Positions 11,358 to 24,248 of a stretch of 64,000 nt of DNA are shown one piece after another. The stretch's first letter is position 1. Each line of letters begins with the position of its first letter. The stretch spans positions 11,658,001 through 11,722,000 of the forward strand of contig NC_058383.1 in assembly GCF_018350175.1 (NCBI RefSeq). Direction: 5' to 3'. This stretch comes from Felis catus (lineage: Eukaryota). The translations under genes and the position numbers were made by a program. Under the pieces are notes generated by a model, which was given only the letters and a program-made list of their open reading frames with translations, was not told where the DNA came from and searched no databases.

Positions 11358-12211
11358 TGTATACAAATAAAGCTTCTCAGAGATTAAAGAAAGAAACAAG
11401 CTTGGAAAATCTTTAAAAGATTACTTTCTTGTAGTTAAAGTTAATAAGTGGAAACCATTACATTTCTTGGGGAACAAGTTTCCAAGCAGGAGAAGGGGAA
11501 GAAGTAAGTTCTCCACTTCAGTCAATTGCAAAAGTCACCAGGTTGACATCTTGAGTATTCTCACGGGATCGGGGTCTGACCCCCCGACGGCTGTATCCAC
11601 TCAAGCTGTCATTCGTTTGTGAAAGTTGCACACAGACATGCTAAGATCTAAAAACTCTAGCATTTTTTCACCATGAGCCCTTTCTGTTGAAAGGCCCGGA
11701 GGGCATAATTCAGAACACCATCGACTAGACAGAAGTGAACACGCTTGAAAAGGAACGTTACTTTTGAAAAGTACATGTGACAGCAAGCACAACCGACTAA
11801 CCATTAGAGGGGTGAGTCGCTCAAACTACCAAGGGAGTGCGTGTTGGAGGGGGCAAGAATGGTGGTTGAAAAGAGGAGTGTTTGTGTGCCCATAGAAGGA
11901 GCTGGGTTGCTAAGTCTAGCTCCCTACAGTAATTATTAAAGACCCAAGACTCTAAAGCAAATCAACAGTTTTTCTTTCGGAGAGAATGTTTGAGGTAGAC
12001 TGATGATAATGTGAGGCTCACTATTTCCTCTCTAAGAATTAGTGAATTGACATTCTGGTTTCATACCTCCCGTCTCTGAGTTTTGTTGATGTCCGCTCTT
12101 CAAAAAGTTAATAGAATAATTCCTGTTCAGCCGCAGAGGTTAGGATCGTAGGGGTTGAGGTGGGAAAATGCACGATCAAGTAAATGTGTCCCTTTGAGCC
12201 TTTCAGGACTT

Positions 12212-12253
12212 CTCTCTGTGTCATTTCAGTGACTCTCTGTATCATTTCGGTGA
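12212..12253 (+). repeat. 21 bp tandem duplication (2 copies, 2 mismatches)
   Basis: ctctctgtgtcatttcagtga / ctctctgtatcatttcggtga. Confidence 0.85.
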
Positions 12254-12479
12254 ATTAGTTTGAGTCTATATTTGGAAGTATGGCTTTCAAGTCAAACGGT
12301 ACAGAGTCTTATATAAAGCAATCATTAGGTGAATTACATTTACATCATCAAGTATTGTTTCTTTTTGATTAGTGACTAAGGGAGAGGGGCTGAAAAAGAA
12401 GGACCCATCATGGTACCTGGGCTGGGAAATTAAGACCGGCCACTGGATAGATTAACAGTGACAGAAACGTCAACCATAA

Positions 12480-12620
12480 AACTCATCACTCTTGCGTGTG
12501 TTGGGCACCATACTTAACATGCATCATCTGCTTTAGTCCTCAATAGGAAGCAGTAAAGTCATTTACAGTTCAGGAGACAGAGGCTCAGAGACCTTTAATG
12601 AGCTGTCCAAGATTGCAACG
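12480..12620 (-). mobile_element. MIR
   Basis: gggcaccatacttaacatgcatcatc...tttacag..caggagacagaggctcagaga..gtccaagatt. Confidence 0.6.
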
Positions 12621-12725
12621 GGTATAAATTAAATTCTTTTAATGCATGGATTCCTTTAACACGTTTATTGATTGCATTATGAGGTGCCACTGGGGATATT
12701 GGTGAACAAAACAAATATACCTTGT

Positions 12726-12846
12726 TGTATGAGTGAGAGTTCTCTAGAGTAGCAGAACTAGTAAGAAGCGTGTGTATTTATATCTCTTCTTTAATTAAAA
12801 AAATTTTTCTTTTATTTTTAGAAAGAGAGCTTGAGGCAGGGAGAGG

Positions 12847-12897
<51 letters not shown>

Positions 12898-13188
12898 TCA
12901 AGCAGGTTCTGTGCTCATGCTTTATCCCATGACCCTGGGATCATGACTCGAGCCGAAATCAAAAGTTGGATGCTCAACCAACTGAGCCACCTAAGGACTC
13001 TATATTTATATCTTTATATCTATATGTTTCTGGAATTCTCTAGAGAGACAGAACGAGTTAGAGATCTACTTATATCCTTCTATCTATCTATCTATCTATC
13101 TATCTAGTCAATATTTTTCAATAGATTCATTATCTCCTATTGTAATCTCCTATTGGTTCTGTGTCTCTGGAGAACTTAACTACCACCA
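12726..13188. mobile_element. MLT2 LTR 3'-terminal pieces in opposite orientations around a SINE and (TCTA)n
   Basis: 12726 tgtatgagtgagagttctctagagtagcagaac (-), 13032 ggaattctctagagagacagaac (-), 13146 tctcctattggttctgtgtctctggagaac (+). Confidence 0.6.
12790..13000 (-). mobile_element. Can-SINE (older subtype) with long (GA)n
   Basis: gagccgaaatcaaaagttggatgctcaaccaactgagccacc; (GA)n at ~12850-12894; TSD tatttatatct. Confidence 0.93.
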
Positions 13189-13786
13189 CAAGCATTAACT
13201 GATCAGTGTTAGGTGATGAGCTCTGGGTTGAACACATAAAAATGTACAGGACCCAGTTCCTACCTTTGAAGGAGATGTCCCCAGGGAAGAAACAGCCAGC
13301 CACACCCACAAGTAGTTATGACGAGAAGTGTATGTTCTAGTGGCCTGAGAAGACACCCTATAAACATGGAGGGAATGGTAACTGAGTGAAGGGGAGGCGA
13401 AAAGCTTGGCAGGGATGAGACGCCTCGGTTGGGCTCCGAAGGATGAATATCAGGAGGACAGGAGGAAGAAGGCATAGCAGGTGAAATGATCTAATGATAA
13501 AGTGACAGCACATGTCACAAAATAAGTTACTGTTGCTCGACTCTAGGCACTCAAATTTAAAGGAAAATTTTCTGTTCTATTCTTCCATTAAAAAAAAAAA
13601 AACCTGCTGGCAACTCACTGTGATTTGGAGACTCACTGTTAAGTCACGACCCACCATTTGAAAACCACTGCTCTCAGCGATGGGGCGTCATTGAAGTGTG
13701 TTAAGACAGCGTGAGGACACAATGGGTTGACTTGGCGATCTCATTCTTTGTGAAGTCTGGACCAAAATGATGCTTTTCCCCCTGAA

Positions 13787-13935
13787 ATCACTCGGGGAGA
13801 CCTTTGAGGAAATGCTGATGTCCCAATCCCACACCCAGAGACCCTTATTTAATTGATCTGGAGCAGGGCCCGGCACTGATGATTTTTAAAAGCTCCAGGG
13901 TGATTGTAGACAGTCAGCCCAGGTGAAAAGCTGAA
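13787..13935. mobile_element. MER5-like DNA transposon
   Basis: aaatgctgatgtccc...cccagagac...ttaattgatctggagcagggcccggcactgatgatttttaaaagctccagggtgatt. Confidence 0.7.
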
Positions 13936-14085
13936 ATGTGGTTTTTCTTAAGACTCTTGTCTGTAGACCTCATGCTTCTGAATATCATAGGATACTCGCT
14001 AAAATGTGGGTCCCTGAGCCACATCATAGACATAATGAATCATATTCTCTGGATATGGGATCCAGACATCAACAGTGTCATAAGC

Positions 14086-14330
14086 TATTATGAACTGAAT
14101 CGTGTCCCCCACCCTGCGCCCAAGTTCATGTTAAAGCCCTGATCTCTAATGTAGTGGTATTTGGACCTGGGAGCTTTGAGAGATACTAGGGTTAGATGAG
14201 ATCATGATGGTGGGGCCCCATGATGGGATTAGTACCCTCTTCAGAAGAGACACATCGGGACAGAGCCAGAAGGTGGCTGTCTTTAAGCCAGGAAGAGAGT
14301 TCTCACCAGAATCCGAGTGGCCCAGATCTT
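14086..14330 (+). mobile_element. MaLR LTR (MLT1A/B), 5' part
   Basis: tattatgaactgaatcgtgtcccc...gtggtatttgga...ggttagatgagatcatga...atgatgggattagtaccctctt...aagccaggaagagag. Confidence 0.8.
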
Positions 14331-14664
14331 ACGCCGCGTCTCCGGCAAAGCTGGAGCATCCAACCAATTTTGTGCGTCACCGCACATATTGTAACCAGCA
14401 CCGGGCTTTCTCAGAACTCGGGAGAAGCCAGTCATTTCCTTCTTTCATGTTATGAGAACCTAATTAGCAGCAATCAGTCTATTTCAGAGACTATTTGCAA
14501 AGATGCTTTCCTGAACTCATGCATAGCTCTAAGAAACAAGCCGCATCAATAGATAGCAGCTGCGGGCCTAATTAAGGGCACACTCCATAGGGCAGGTTTC
14601 TCATTCTTGAGCACTGGCTCCTACCATATTAATATTATCGTAGAGGTGATAAAGTCGACGCCAG

Positions 14665-14850
14665 GCCTGGAGGCGCAGGGGGTGAGACTCTAGAATGGAC
14701 ACGGGGCTGCGTGGCTTGGTGTCCCTCACCTGCCGTGCAACCCCAGGGCAGTTACTTAAACAATATGCCCGCTGTTTCCGCATCTGTAAGATGGGATGAC
14801 ATGCCCACCTTGAGTGGTGATTGCAGAGGTTAGACACAACGGTAGCACTG
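14665..14850 (+). mobile_element. MIR
   Basis: gggcagttacttaaac...ctgtttccgcatctgtaagatgggatgac. Confidence 0.6.
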
Positions 14851-15431
14851 GTGTGGGGGAGGTGCCCAAAGGGAAGCTGTTGTCATCCTTTCTTTCCGCG
14901 GTGAGTCCAACGGATGCAGCTGGGGGACAGAGGAAGTCACCCTGGGTGCAGTGCAGGTGCGTTGGCCTCCACTCCGTGTTGCCATCCTCCCCCCCCCCCC
15001 CCCCGCCCCGGCCACGTCTCTGCCCTTCTTCCATTCAGGGGCTTGGCATGGATTTATCTATCTATCGTCTATATTATTTTTTTAACCACCAGTCTTCATA
15101 CCTGCTTCCCCTGCCTTTCCGTGGATAATATTGGCGGCTGGTTTCATCGATTTTGCACTTGCGTGTTTCGGCCTTACTTTTAAGCACCTAAAACGTCTAG
15201 CCTGTTCCAAGTAAAAACTTTAGGAGGTCAGATTTCAAATCTCCATGGCGGGAGGGTCACGAAACGGTCTCTCTCTCCCCCAGCGCAGGCCTGAGCCAGG
15301 CTTGAAAGGCGGCAGGGGGTGGTGATGTAGAGGTGGCTTGTGTCTTGCTGCCCCCCCCCCCCCATTCTACTGTGACTCCGTCATCTCGACATTGTGAAAA
15401 ATTATGGCCCTCCAGCGTGGGCCAAGGGAAG

Positions 15432-15887
15432 TGTATTAGTTTCCCGCAGCTGCTGTAACAAAAGGCTATAGCCTTAGTGGTTTAAAACAACACGTATTCA
15501 TTCTGGAATGAAGTCTGGAATCAAAGTGTCAGCAGGGCCACATTCCCTGCAAAGGGTCTAGGGTGGAATCTGTTCCTTGTCTCTTTCAGCTTCTGGGGCT
15601 GCAGGCTGTGTTCTTGGCTTCTGGCTGCATCACTCTGATTTCTGTCTCTGTGGCCATGTTGCTTTGCCTCTTCTGGGTGTAATGGCCCCTCTGTCCCCAT
15701 CCCCTTCTTATAGGGACATGTGTGATGGCATTGGCCAGGTGCCTCACCCGGGATACTCTCCCATCTCAAAATCCTGACCTTAACCACATCTACAAAGATG
15801 CTTTCCCCAAATTCAGTAGCATTCACAGGTTCCAGAGATTGGGAGGCAGACAGATTTCGAGGGCGGGTGCAGTTTTAGACTACCATG
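15432..15887 (-). mobile_element. MaLR solo LTR (MLT1C/D-like), near full length
   Basis: tgtattagtttcc..gctgctgtaacaaa...aaagtgtcagcagggccacattccc...ccatctcaaaatcc..accttaaccacatctacaaag...attcacaggttccagagatt. Confidence 0.88.
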
Positions 15888-16155
15888 TGGGAGTAGGAGA
15901 ACGAATAGTCTTAATGATTGTGTTACTGGTGCTCTCCATAGAGTGGTTGCCTGAACTCTGCTTCTTTCTTGGAAAGAATTTATTCAAGAACCTCTAGCAC
16001 TGGACCCCCTCCTGAATCAGGCCACGCTCCCTAGGGCATCAAGTACATCTCTCGGGCTCCAGTTCTCATGATATACTCACATGGTCTCTCTCTGAGATGG
16101 CCCCACTTCTTACAACGGGTCAGACCTCCTGGGATGCTGAGAGTCTTCTGGGTGT

Positions 16156-16538
16156 GGCTCAGCCTGGGTAGTTTTGAAGACTCCCCTGGGCATGACTGGG
16201 GTTGAGGGGTCTACTTTCAAGGCACCTCACTCACCTGACTGGCGAGTTAGTGATGGCCATTGGCAGGTGGGCTCGATTCTTTTCCATGTGGGCTTCTCCG
16301 TAGGGCTACGTGACTCTCCTTGCGACATGGTGGCTTGGCTTTCCCTGGAGCGAATGGTCCAATAGACCAGGTAAGAGGCGATAGTGCCTCTCATGACCTA
16401 GCCTCAGAAGTCACACGCTGTCATTCTTCCACACCCTACTGATCACACAAACTATGATTCAACGTAGGGGAGATCACACCAAGGGCGCAAATACTAGCGG
16501 GCAGGTTGTCTGGGTCCATCTTAATATCTGGTCACCAT
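16156..16538 (-). mobile_element. MaLR LTR (MLT1F/G-like)
   Basis: ccatgtgggcttctcc...acatggtggcttggctttccc...catgacctagcctcagaagtcacac. Confidence 0.75.
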
Positions 16539-16704
16539 AAATAGCAGTGTGTGCTTTTCCAAATGGAAAAACAGAACCAAAGATAGTGTGTTGGTGTCGC
16601 TCACAAGATAACAAGCAAATATTCACTGACACAACCTGGAAGAACATCAAGAGGTCTGAAAGTTGCATTAAATGATCTTCACTCCCCCTCTCCCAATAAT
16701 ATTA

Positions 16705-16830
16705 TTCAAACCAACACACAAATACCAAGTAACTGCCATGTATCAGGCCCTGTGCTGGCTGTAGCAGTGGATACAGTAAAAATCAAATGAGTTCTGGTCC
16801 TCAGTGAGAATATAATCTTTTGGGGAGGCA
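16705..16830 (-). mobile_element. L2 3' end
   Basis: ttcaaaccaacac...ctgccatgtatcaggccctgtgctgg...gatacagtaaaaa. Confidence 0.55.
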
Positions 16831-17299
16831 TCCAATAGCTCCAAAGACGTAATGTAGGTAAAAAAATTTTGCACACTTCCTGGCACATTCTAAATACTAA
16901 TAAACAGTTGCTGTTATGTCAAGGCATTGAAGAGGGGGGCAGATTTCCGATGGCAGATGTGTATATAAAGAGGATTATACCAGGTAGAGGGAACAAAATT
17001 ATAGGACTTGACCTGTAGGTACAAGTTCAAATATTGAGATAAGGGTTTGTCCACACCCCTAAAATAATTTTGTGAAGACGCATTTGCTCTTTGTTCTCAT
17101 GAAAGAAATAAAATCCATTGACAAACAAAATCCATGGACTTCCTGGCACATGCAAGACATTCTTCTTGACAGAGAATGGATCAGGGTAGATAGTGAATGA
17201 AAGGAAGGGAGGGGGGGCCTACAGATGATTTTTTAAAGAAGCAAAGGTCTCAATTCTCACAAAGCTAGTAGGAAAAATTGGGAATGTTTTCAAATACCT

Positions 17300-17776
17300 G
17301 TATGATAGATGACATTTTCCAAAAATAGCAACCACAATATTTCCTTTCTTGTTCTTTTATAATGTGGCTTTGCCATGTCCTCAACAATAGATGCAGTCTA
17401 ATTCTTCTCCCCTTAAGTTTAGGCTGGTTATAGTGACTTGCTTGACCAATGGAACACAACCAATATGGCATTCTAGGACTTCAAAGGCTTGGAGGTTTTG
17501 CCTGAGTCTCCTGGAAAATTTGCTCTGAAGAAGCTTCTTTTGGGACTGCCTTACAATTCTGTAGTAAGCCCAAGCCATATGGAGTGGGCACGTGTAGGCA
17601 CTCTGGCAACTAGCTCTAGTTGAATTGCCAGCCAATGGCCGGCATGATTGCCAGCCATGTGAGCGCCATCTTGGATATTCATCCCAGTCGAGCTTTCAGA
17701 TGACTATAGCCTCCGCTTGAGAAAACTGAGTGAGAGTCCCCTACTCAGCCCAGTCAACCCATAGAACCATAGAACT
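17300..17776 (+). mobile_element. MaLR LTR (MLT1H-like)
   Basis: gtgacttgcttgaccaatggaa...aagcccaagccatatggag...ccagccatgtgagcgccatcttggat...gagctttcagatgactatagcc. Confidence 0.8.
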
Positions 17777-18814
17777 GTGCACCGCGTTAGTCCCTGAGTC
17801 AAGAGACATAACACCAACGATGCACCTTGTCAAGGTGATCACGTCCTCTCACTTTCCTTTGCCAGTTTTGTTGGAGTGGAGAGAGAAAGGTACACGGAGG
17901 CTACCGAGATGCTTGGTGTATGGAGTGCGGTCAGGGGGCCAGGAGAGGGGGTGTGGGCAGGTGGCTGGCTGGACGGGGCCCACGGGATATGACAAAACCA
18001 CATCCAGTATATCCAACTGGGTACCCCGGTTTACTGGAAAGGCCTGGAACACTCGCAGGTCAAACAGAGTAAGATTTTACAAGAAAAGAAAGCGTTTCTC
18101 CCTTTTAATGTTGCCTCAACCCTACCCCCGACTCAGCCTATAAAAGTGGAGCCTTTCTTAAAATTAGAAACAGAAGGAAAAAGCCGCATACAGTCACGCT
18201 TTATACTATGCACATGTATTTTTTCTTTTACCCAAGACGCACACAAAAGCCCAAGCCCTGGACGCCCAGGTGAAAAAAAAGGTTGGAATTAAGACAATTT
18301 CTCCATGCGTTTGACATTGGAATGTGTGGTTATAGGGCCTCTGGGAAGTTGCTCAGAACACTTTGGGGACCAGCGTCAAAGCAGAGGAAGCTAACAGTTC
18401 CATTTGGTAGGGACTACCACATCCTTCGACATTTGTAACTCACACAATAAAGCCAAAGAGACCATTACAGAGCAGTAGGACATATGCGTGCGATGTAAGT
18501 TTTGCCCCTACTCTTGGGTGCCCACATGTGCTCCCGTCACTTTGTGAGATTGCCTCGGCCAGGGAAATGCTACAAACCAGGGTCCTGCTTCTTCAGGAAG
18601 GACGTCATTTTAGGAAACCTTCAATGTTTATTAATAAGAACATCTTCTTATATTCAGAATGCTTCATAGCTTAAAATGCACTTTTTTGCATGATATTATA
18701 TCATGTCCTTCCCATGACAACACCAGAAGGTTTAAGAAAATCACCAAGTACACATTATTAGGTAAATGATAGCATTCTTGGGCACAGGAGGGCCTTAAAG
18801 ATCATTCCTTTGAT

Positions 18815-19815
18815 AAGTCAGTAAAATTTTTTGACGACCACAACGTGGTGGGCCTTCCGCTGGTCTCTGGGCACTTCAGAGTCTAGAAGGTGCACATACA
18901 TTTAGAGAAATGAAGAAGAGAACAAACACATAAACACATGAAATATAATTTTTTACATAGCGATAAGGAATATGAAGGCAATAAAATGTTGTCACGGCCA
19001 GAGGAATTTGGAGGAGAAGTTGGTATGGGTGGGCCAGTGAAGACTTCTCTAAAGAGATCTGAGACCAAAATAATGAGGCCAAACTAACCGTGTTAGCCAG
19101 AGGGACACTGTGTAAAGGGACTTTCTTCTGTCTTTTTTTGCAAGAGCATTTTTGTATGCTAACGACTTGCACCAGAGTAGTGGGAAGTGGTTGGATCCTG
19201 TATATATCTCGATGGTAGATATGAGATCTACTGATGGATTCATTTTGGGGTAAGAGAGAGAGAGCAGAGCCAAAGATGATGTCATGGATTTTTAGTCCAA
19301 GCATCTGAAATGGATTTGCCATTTACTGAAATAGGGAAAAGGAGGATTTTGGCTTGAGATGTCAATTAGAGACCCAAATGGAAATGTCGAGAAGGTAGAT
19401 ACAGGCAGCTTGAATTCCAGGGAGAGGTCCAGGCTGGAGCTGGAAATTCTGTATCAGCGCGCAGATGGTATTTATGCCACGAGACTGGCAAAGACCACTG
19501 AGGGAGTGAGTGTAATTGGAGAAGAAACGGTGTTTAAGGACTGAACGCCGGGGCTTTCCAATGTTCAGAAGCTATACACGGAAAAGTGTTTCAAGGAGGA
19601 GGGAGTGGCCAATTCTGTTTAATCCTGCTGATGGTCAAGTCAGAAGATGACTGAACATTGGTCCAAGTGGTTAGTAACATGGAGGTCACTGGGGATGTTG
19701 GGGTCTGTGAGACGGTGGGACTGAACACCTCGTTGGGAGGTAGGGTTTAGAATGAGAAAAGTTGCAGATTGAGTAGGGACCGCTGTTTCCAGGTCTCTTG
19801 CTCTAAGAGGAACAT
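18815..19815 (-). mobile_element. L2 LINE, ~1 kb decayed fragment
   Basis: gaagtggttggatcctgtatatatc; gccatttactgaaataggga; ttgagatgtcaattagagacccaaatggaaatgtc; ggagaggtccaggctggag; atggaggtcactgg. Confidence 0.8.
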
Positions 19816-20807
19816 TGGTACATTTGTTTTTCCAACAACTGTTGGGTAAGGAATGGTAGCAGAAGTCATCTCTTGGCCAGATTTCAAGCAGTGGGGAAAA
19901 CCTGGGATGGATTGCCTCTGTGAGGATCCTGGTGTCAGGGTGAGTGTGGGAAAGTCGTAAGGGGATGAGGTGACATAAATAAACCAAGGACTCTGAACAA
20001 GATTAAGGGAGCGACAAGTGCCGATGAGACACTCAGAAAGTAGCAACGGCGAGGAGACAGCATTTGCCCAGACCTGAGGGGCAACAGGAGAAAGTCTAGT
20101 GAGATTTGGAGCCGGGGCTCTTTTGGCCAAGGTCCGGGCAGGAATACCCTCTACATTCTAAAGAGCGTTTAATGAGGTGATTGTTCACAGACCCCAGAGG
20201 AGGTTAGGAGAGCCGGTAAGGGCGGGGGGGGGGGGGCAAGGCCTTCTAAAACTTCCTTCTTGGTGGAGTCATGCTCAACACCCTTTGAGAGAACTTCTGG
20301 AAAACGAAGCTGCCACGTGTGATTTTTGGATCAAGACCCAAGCAGGGTGGCTCCTAGCACCTCGGTCCTGATTCTAACCTTCAGGCTAAGGACACACACC
20401 GCAGTGGGTCTAAGAATAAGAATCAGAATGACCTTGTTGGGGGCTGGCCTGGAAGCTTCTTAAGGACATATCCTTGTAGTAACTCTGAACCTGGCCTCAT
20501 GGGAGAAAAACCAGAGGAAGTATGCCTGAGGGCAGAAGAAAGGTGGGTGACTGAGTTTATCTGGGGGTGTCAGGGGGGGAGGGGCAAGTCCCGGAATAAC
20601 TTCTGTATCTGTTAGATTTTACACAAAGCAAGTCTGCCTGCTAAACGGAGTTCTTGAACTTGGCTTCTGGCTTAGGGTTGAAGAGGGTTTCTCCGTTCGC
20701 TGAAATTTATAAACCGTGTTAAGATTTCCAAGTGATTGCATTTGATGACCCACCTGACCGTACAGCGGCGACAAAGGTAGAGGTCACCTCATTTCACACA
20801 TAAAGAC

Positions 20808-20912
20808 TCATTCATTCACTCACCAGAGATCCACTGAGCACCTAGTACGTGCCTGATACTCTTGAAGGTCCTGTAGATACAGTAAAAAACAGACAAAAGT
20901 CACTGCCCTGAA
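20808..20912 (-). mobile_element. L2 3' end
   Basis: cattcattcactcacc...ctgagcacctagtacgtgcc...gatacagtaaaaaacagacaaaagtcactgccct. Confidence 0.75.
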
Positions 20913-21090
20913 AAGATTAAAAACATGATCCCGCTGCATGCTGTCTATTATGTTTAAATTTCAGCTTTACCGAGTTATAATTGATAAATAAAATTGTGAG
21001 CTATTTAAAGTGTACATGGTGGCAATTTTATTTGCCTACACTTTGTGAAATGATTCTCCTCCTCTAGTTAATTAAAAAAAATTAAAAGGG

Positions 21091-21296
21091 GGGGCGCCTG
21101 GGTGGCTCAGTTGGTTAAGCGTCCAACTTCGGCTCGGATCATGATCTCACGGTTCGTGAGTTTGAGCCCCACGTCGGGCTCTGGGCTGACGGCTCGGAGC
21201 CTGGAGCCTGTTTGAGATTCTGTGTCTCCCTCTCTCTCTGCCCCTCCCCACTCATGCTCTGTCTGTCTTAAAAATAAATAAAACATTAAAAAAAAT
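21091..21296 (+). mobile_element. Can-SINE
   Basis: Full head, body and A tail. Confidence 0.97.
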
Positions 21297-21319
21297 TTTT
21301 TTAATTAAAAGAAAGAAAA

Positions 21320-21324
21320 TTTCT

Positions 21325-21392
<68 letters not shown>

Positions 21393-21413
21393 TTTCTCTC
21401 CTTTCTTTCTTTC
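21320..21413 (+). repeat. (TTTC)n microsatellite
   Basis: Direct reading. Confidence 0.95.
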
Positions 21414-22038
21414 AGAGCATTTAAACCCTACTCTCTTAGCAAATTGCAGTTATATAATACAGTGCTATCAACAATAATCATCATGTTTTACATTAGACCT
21501 TCAGACCGTATTCATCTTACGGGGTTGTTTTTGTTTTTGTTTTTGTTTTTTACCAATATCCCCTTATTTCTCTCACTCTCCAGCCCTGGCACTTATCTAC
21601 TCTCAAGAAACACATTTCAGAGTCAAAGACACAAATAGGTTGAAAGCAAAAGTATGGGAAAAGATAAACCGTGCAAATAGTAACCAAAGAGGGCTAGGAT
21701 AGCTATACTGGTATGAGATAAGATAGACTTTAAGACAAAAATTGCTACTAGAGACAAAGAAGGACATTTTGTAGTGATTAAGTCTCAACCCATTAAGAAG
21801 ATATAGCACTTACAAACACTTATGCACCTAACAGTAGAATCCCAAAATACATGAAGCAAAAACTGAGAGAATTCGAGGGAAAAATACTTTAACAATAAGA
21901 ATGGGAGAGTTGAATACCCCACTTTCAGTAACAGATAAAACAAGTAGACAGAAGATCAAGAAAGAGATAGAAAAGTGGAACGACCATCTAAGCCATCTAG
22001 AACTTTCTACCTAATGACACCAGAATACATGCTCTTCT

Positions 22039-22256
22039 TTTTTTTTAAATTTTTTTAAATGTTTATTTATTTTTGAGAGAGAGACAGAGCATGAGCAGGG
22101 GAGGAGCAGAGAGAGAGGGAGACACAGAACCCGAAGCAGGCTCCAGGCTCTGAACTGCCAGCCCAGAGCCCGATGTGGGGCTCGAACTCACGGACCGTGA
22201 GATCATGACCTGAGCCGAAGTCAGATGCTCAACCTACTGAGCCACCCAGGCGCCCC
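22039..22256 (-). mobile_element. Can-SINE within L1
   Basis: 18 bp TSD cagaatacatgctcttct / cagaatacatactcttct. Confidence 0.97.
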
Positions 22257-22934
22257 CAGAATACATACTCTTCTGAAGTGCATATAGAACATTCTCAGGA
22301 TAGGCCATATGTTGGGGCATACAACAAATCTAAGCAATTTTTAAAGGGTTGAAATCATGCAAAGTATGTTCTTCAACCACAATAGAATGAAATTAGAGAT
22401 AAATAATGGAAGAAAATTTGAGAAATTCACAAATATGTTGAAATTAAATAAGTAATCAAATGGATTAAAGAAGGAATCACAAGGGAAATCAAAAGATACT
22501 CTGATGTAAATGAAAAAGACAGTAAAATGCATCTGAACTTGTAGCTTGCACCAAAAGCATTGAGTAGAGGAAAATTTATAGCTGTAAATGCTTATGTAAA
22601 AGGGCAATACATATATGAAATCAATAATCTCCAACAGAAGTAAATGAAATAAAGAATAGAAAAAAATCAACAAAATCAAAAGTTGGTTCTTTGTAAAGAT
22701 CAACGAAATGGACATTTAGCTGGATTGACTAAGAGAAAAAATGAGAACGCTCACGTTACTAAAATCAGTAACGAGAAAAGGATATCACTGCCAAACTTAC
22801 AGAAATAAACAGGGTTTATAAGGGAATATGGTAAACAATTGTATGCTAATCAATTCAATGATCTGAATGAAATGGACAAATTCCTAGAAAGACACACCAA
22901 AACGGACTCAAGAAGAAATCGAAAATTAAGAAAT

Positions 22935-23149
22935 TTTTTAAAAATATTTTTTCATGTTTTTATTTATTTTGAGAGAGAGACAGAGTGAATGAACCAGAGA
23001 GGGGCAAAGAGAGAGGGAGAGAATTCCAAAAAGGCTCCGCACTGTCAGCCTGAAGCCAGATGTGGGGCTTGAACTCACGACTGTGAGATCGTGACCTGAG
23101 CCTAAACCAACAGTCAGTTGTTTAACCAACTGAGCCACCCAGGCGCCCT
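22935..23149 (-). mobile_element. Can-SINE within L1
   Basis: TSD gaaaattaagaaat / gaaaattaggaaat. Confidence 0.96.
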
Positions 23150-23378
23150 GAAAATTAGGAAATGTGAATAGAACTATAACAAGTAAAAACAAAAAACACA
23201 CCAATCTCCCATAAACTCTTCCAAAGAATAGAAGAAGAGGGCTCTCTTCCCAACTCATTCTGTGAGGCCAGTATTCCCCTGACAGCAAAACCAGACGAAG
23301 GTATCACAAGAAAAGAAAACTGCGGACCAATATCTTTGATGAATATAGATGCAAAAATCCTAAGACATTAGCAAACTG

Positions 23379-23588
23379 GGGGCGCCTGGGTGGCTCAGTC
23401 GGTTAAGCATCCGACTGCGGCTCAGGTCATGATCTCACAGTTTATGAGTTCGAGCCCCTCTTCGGGTTCTGTGCTGACAGCTCAGAGCCTGGAGCCTGCT
23501 TTAGATTGTGTCTCCCTCTCTCCCTGCCCCTCCTCTGCCTACACTCTGTCTCTCTCTCTCTCTCAAAAATAAATAAACATTTAAAAAA
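23379..23588 (+). mobile_element. Can-SINE within L1
   Basis: TSD attagcaaactg / attagcagactg. Confidence 0.97.
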
Positions 23589-24248
23589 ATTAGCAGACTG
23601 AATCCATATATATAAAAATAATTATACCTCATGACCAGGTGGGATTTATCTGAGTAGCCAAAGTTGGTTTAATTTCCAAAATTGTGTAAGGCACCATATA
23701 GCGTAATATGTGATACAATGCAATATACCATATCTTTAAAATAAAATAAAAAACTGTATGATCACCTCAGTAGATGCAGCAAAGGCATTTGACCATCCTT
23801 TTATCATTAAAAACATTCACCAAACCAGGAATGAAAGAGAACTTGCCCCCCCTGATAAAGGACATCTGTAAACACCCCAAAGGTAACACTCTCCCTAAAA
23901 GAGAAAGATTGGATGCTTTCCCTCGAGAATCAGGAAAAGACAAGGACATTCTACTCAACAACACAGGACATCACAGGACAGCATTCTAATCAGGACAGTT
24001 AGACAAGAAAAAGTAATAAGAGACCCGCTTTGAAAAGAAGGAGTAAAACTATCTCTCTTTGCAGATGACATCATCTTTTATATAGAGAATCCACTCAAAA
24101 ACTACGACCACTGATGAGTGCGGCAAGGTTGCAGAAGTCGGTTTTATTTTTTTGACAGTAGCAATGTGACCTCTGAAAATGAAATTAGAAAACAATTGCA
24201 TTTATAATGGCATACAATATATTTAGGAAGAAACTGGACCAATGAAGG

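Larger units (their letters stand above)
20953..21603 (-). mobile_element. L1MA-like 3' end inserted antisense into the older L1
   Basis: agctttaccgagttataattgataaataaaattg...tttaaagtgtaca; ctactctcttagcaaattgcagttatataatacagtgcta. Confidence 0.8.

Noticed and set aside
14989..15363. Long C homopolymers (similar C or G runs near 20224, 24266 and 52538)
   Set aside because: Simple homopolymers of uncertain length; no supporting context for function
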